Shown here in pieces: positions 63,451 to 64,000 of a stretch of DNA of 64,000 bases (its first letter is position 1; each line of letters begins with the position of its first letter). This DNA is from Elusimicrobiaceae bacterium (GTDB lineage: Bacteria > Elusimicrobiota > Elusimicrobia > Elusimicrobiales > Elusimicrobiaceae). Below the pieces are notes generated by a model that was not told the DNA's origin, did not search any database, and was given only the letters and a program-made list of their open reading frames with translations. The stretch is taken from contig JAZUNI010000057.1 of NCBI GenBank assembly GCA_045604045.1, positions 1,277 to 65,276 on the forward strand. The letters are read 5' to 3'. A program made the translations under genes and the position numbers.

Positions 63451-63819
63451 CTCTATACCGTTACAATAATTTTAGTGTCACTGCGTACTTGATAAGGATC
63501 TCTCTACTTTTTAAAAACGCTTTGCCGCAAAACGCACTTTAAAAACCCAACTTAGCGTGTGTCGCAAAATCAGGGCTAATTTTGCATAGTGGGGGGAGAA
63601 AAAATTTTTACTAAAAATGGGCGTTCGGCCCCCACCGAAGCTAACTTTTGCGGAAAAACGGCTTATCAAAACCGCGTGTTTTTTTGCTTCTTATGTCAGT
63701 AAAAAACTAACAAAACCACTCATATTTAAGCGTTTTTTGTGGATTTTTGGCAAATTATACCGCCTGAAAACAGCTTTTATCCACTAAATTTGCCATAAAA
63801 TAGCATAAAAATATTTTAT

Positions 63820-63848
63820 TTGACATAAAAATAAAAAATAGCTATTAT
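63820..63848 (+). promoter_or_regulatory. candidate sigma70 promoter
   Basis: TTGACA (63820-63825), a 17-nt spacer, then TATTAT (63843-63848). Confidence 0.45.
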
Positions 63849-63910
63849 ATGTCTATTGCGGGGGATAACCCCCGTGGATAATCACTAAATACAAGGGTTA
63901 TAAACAACTT

Positions 63911-64000
63911 ATGAACAATTCTCAAGAACCTGCCTTAAAAATACGCTTTCGGCTACCCAGCGGGGAGGAATTTGAAGCGGAAGGCCCGCGTGAATTTATT
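63911..64000 (+). CDS. 3'-truncated ORF (hypothetical)
   Basis: MNNSQEPALKIRFRLPSGEEFEAEGPREFI runs off the window. TATAAA (63899-63904) ends 6 nt before the ATG. Confidence 0.3.
   Translation, partial: MNNSQEPALKIRFRLPSGEEFEAEGPREFI

Overview
The window is a 64-kb chromosomal segment of a diderm bacterium that is probably anaerobic. It holds about 58 protein-coding genes and one tRNA-Leu(GAG). I found no rRNA, no CRISPR array, and no recognisable transposase, integrase or prophage genes. Most of the content is ordinary. Housekeeping genes include groES-groEL, pgk, secG, ldh, pepT, mutY and a Sir2 deacylase. Envelope and LPS genes include waaA, a GT9 heptosyltransferase-like gene, AsmA-like, YejM-like and FadL-like genes, and a TolC/MacA/MacB-type efflux operon. 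Redox and metal genes include a Fur/PerR-like regulator with rubrerythrin, a FeoA-FeoB fusion and a small ferredoxin. Signalling genes include a Hanks kinase with a PP2C phosphatase and an ECF sigma/anti-sigma pair. There are also several large, repeat-rich hypothetical proteins.

I did not find a clear multi-gene novel system such as a defence island. The less ordinary signals are at the DNA/RNA level:
1. Four scattered type IV pilin-like genes (mature N-terminus [20 protein letters not shown]...) have 5' regions built from modular palindromic repeats. In three of the four, these repeats are in frame with the pilin, giving 41-72 aa leaders.
2. T homopolymers of 9-13 nt sit just upstream of -10 hexamers. 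In two pilin-like promoters the tract sets the -35/-10 spacing.
3. About ten genes show a -10 hexamer ending 6 nt (7 nt for tolC) before the ATG with no Shine-Dalgarno, which suggests leaderless mRNAs.
4. The groES promoter lies between two perfect CIRCE half-sites that are 56 nt apart instead of 9.
5. One pilin-like gene is frameshifted, and there are several hairpin-dense non-coding stretches.

The pilin N-termini and gene content remind me of Elusimicrobia-type genomes, but that is recall only and not verified. All protein calls come from motif recognition by eye, with no database search.
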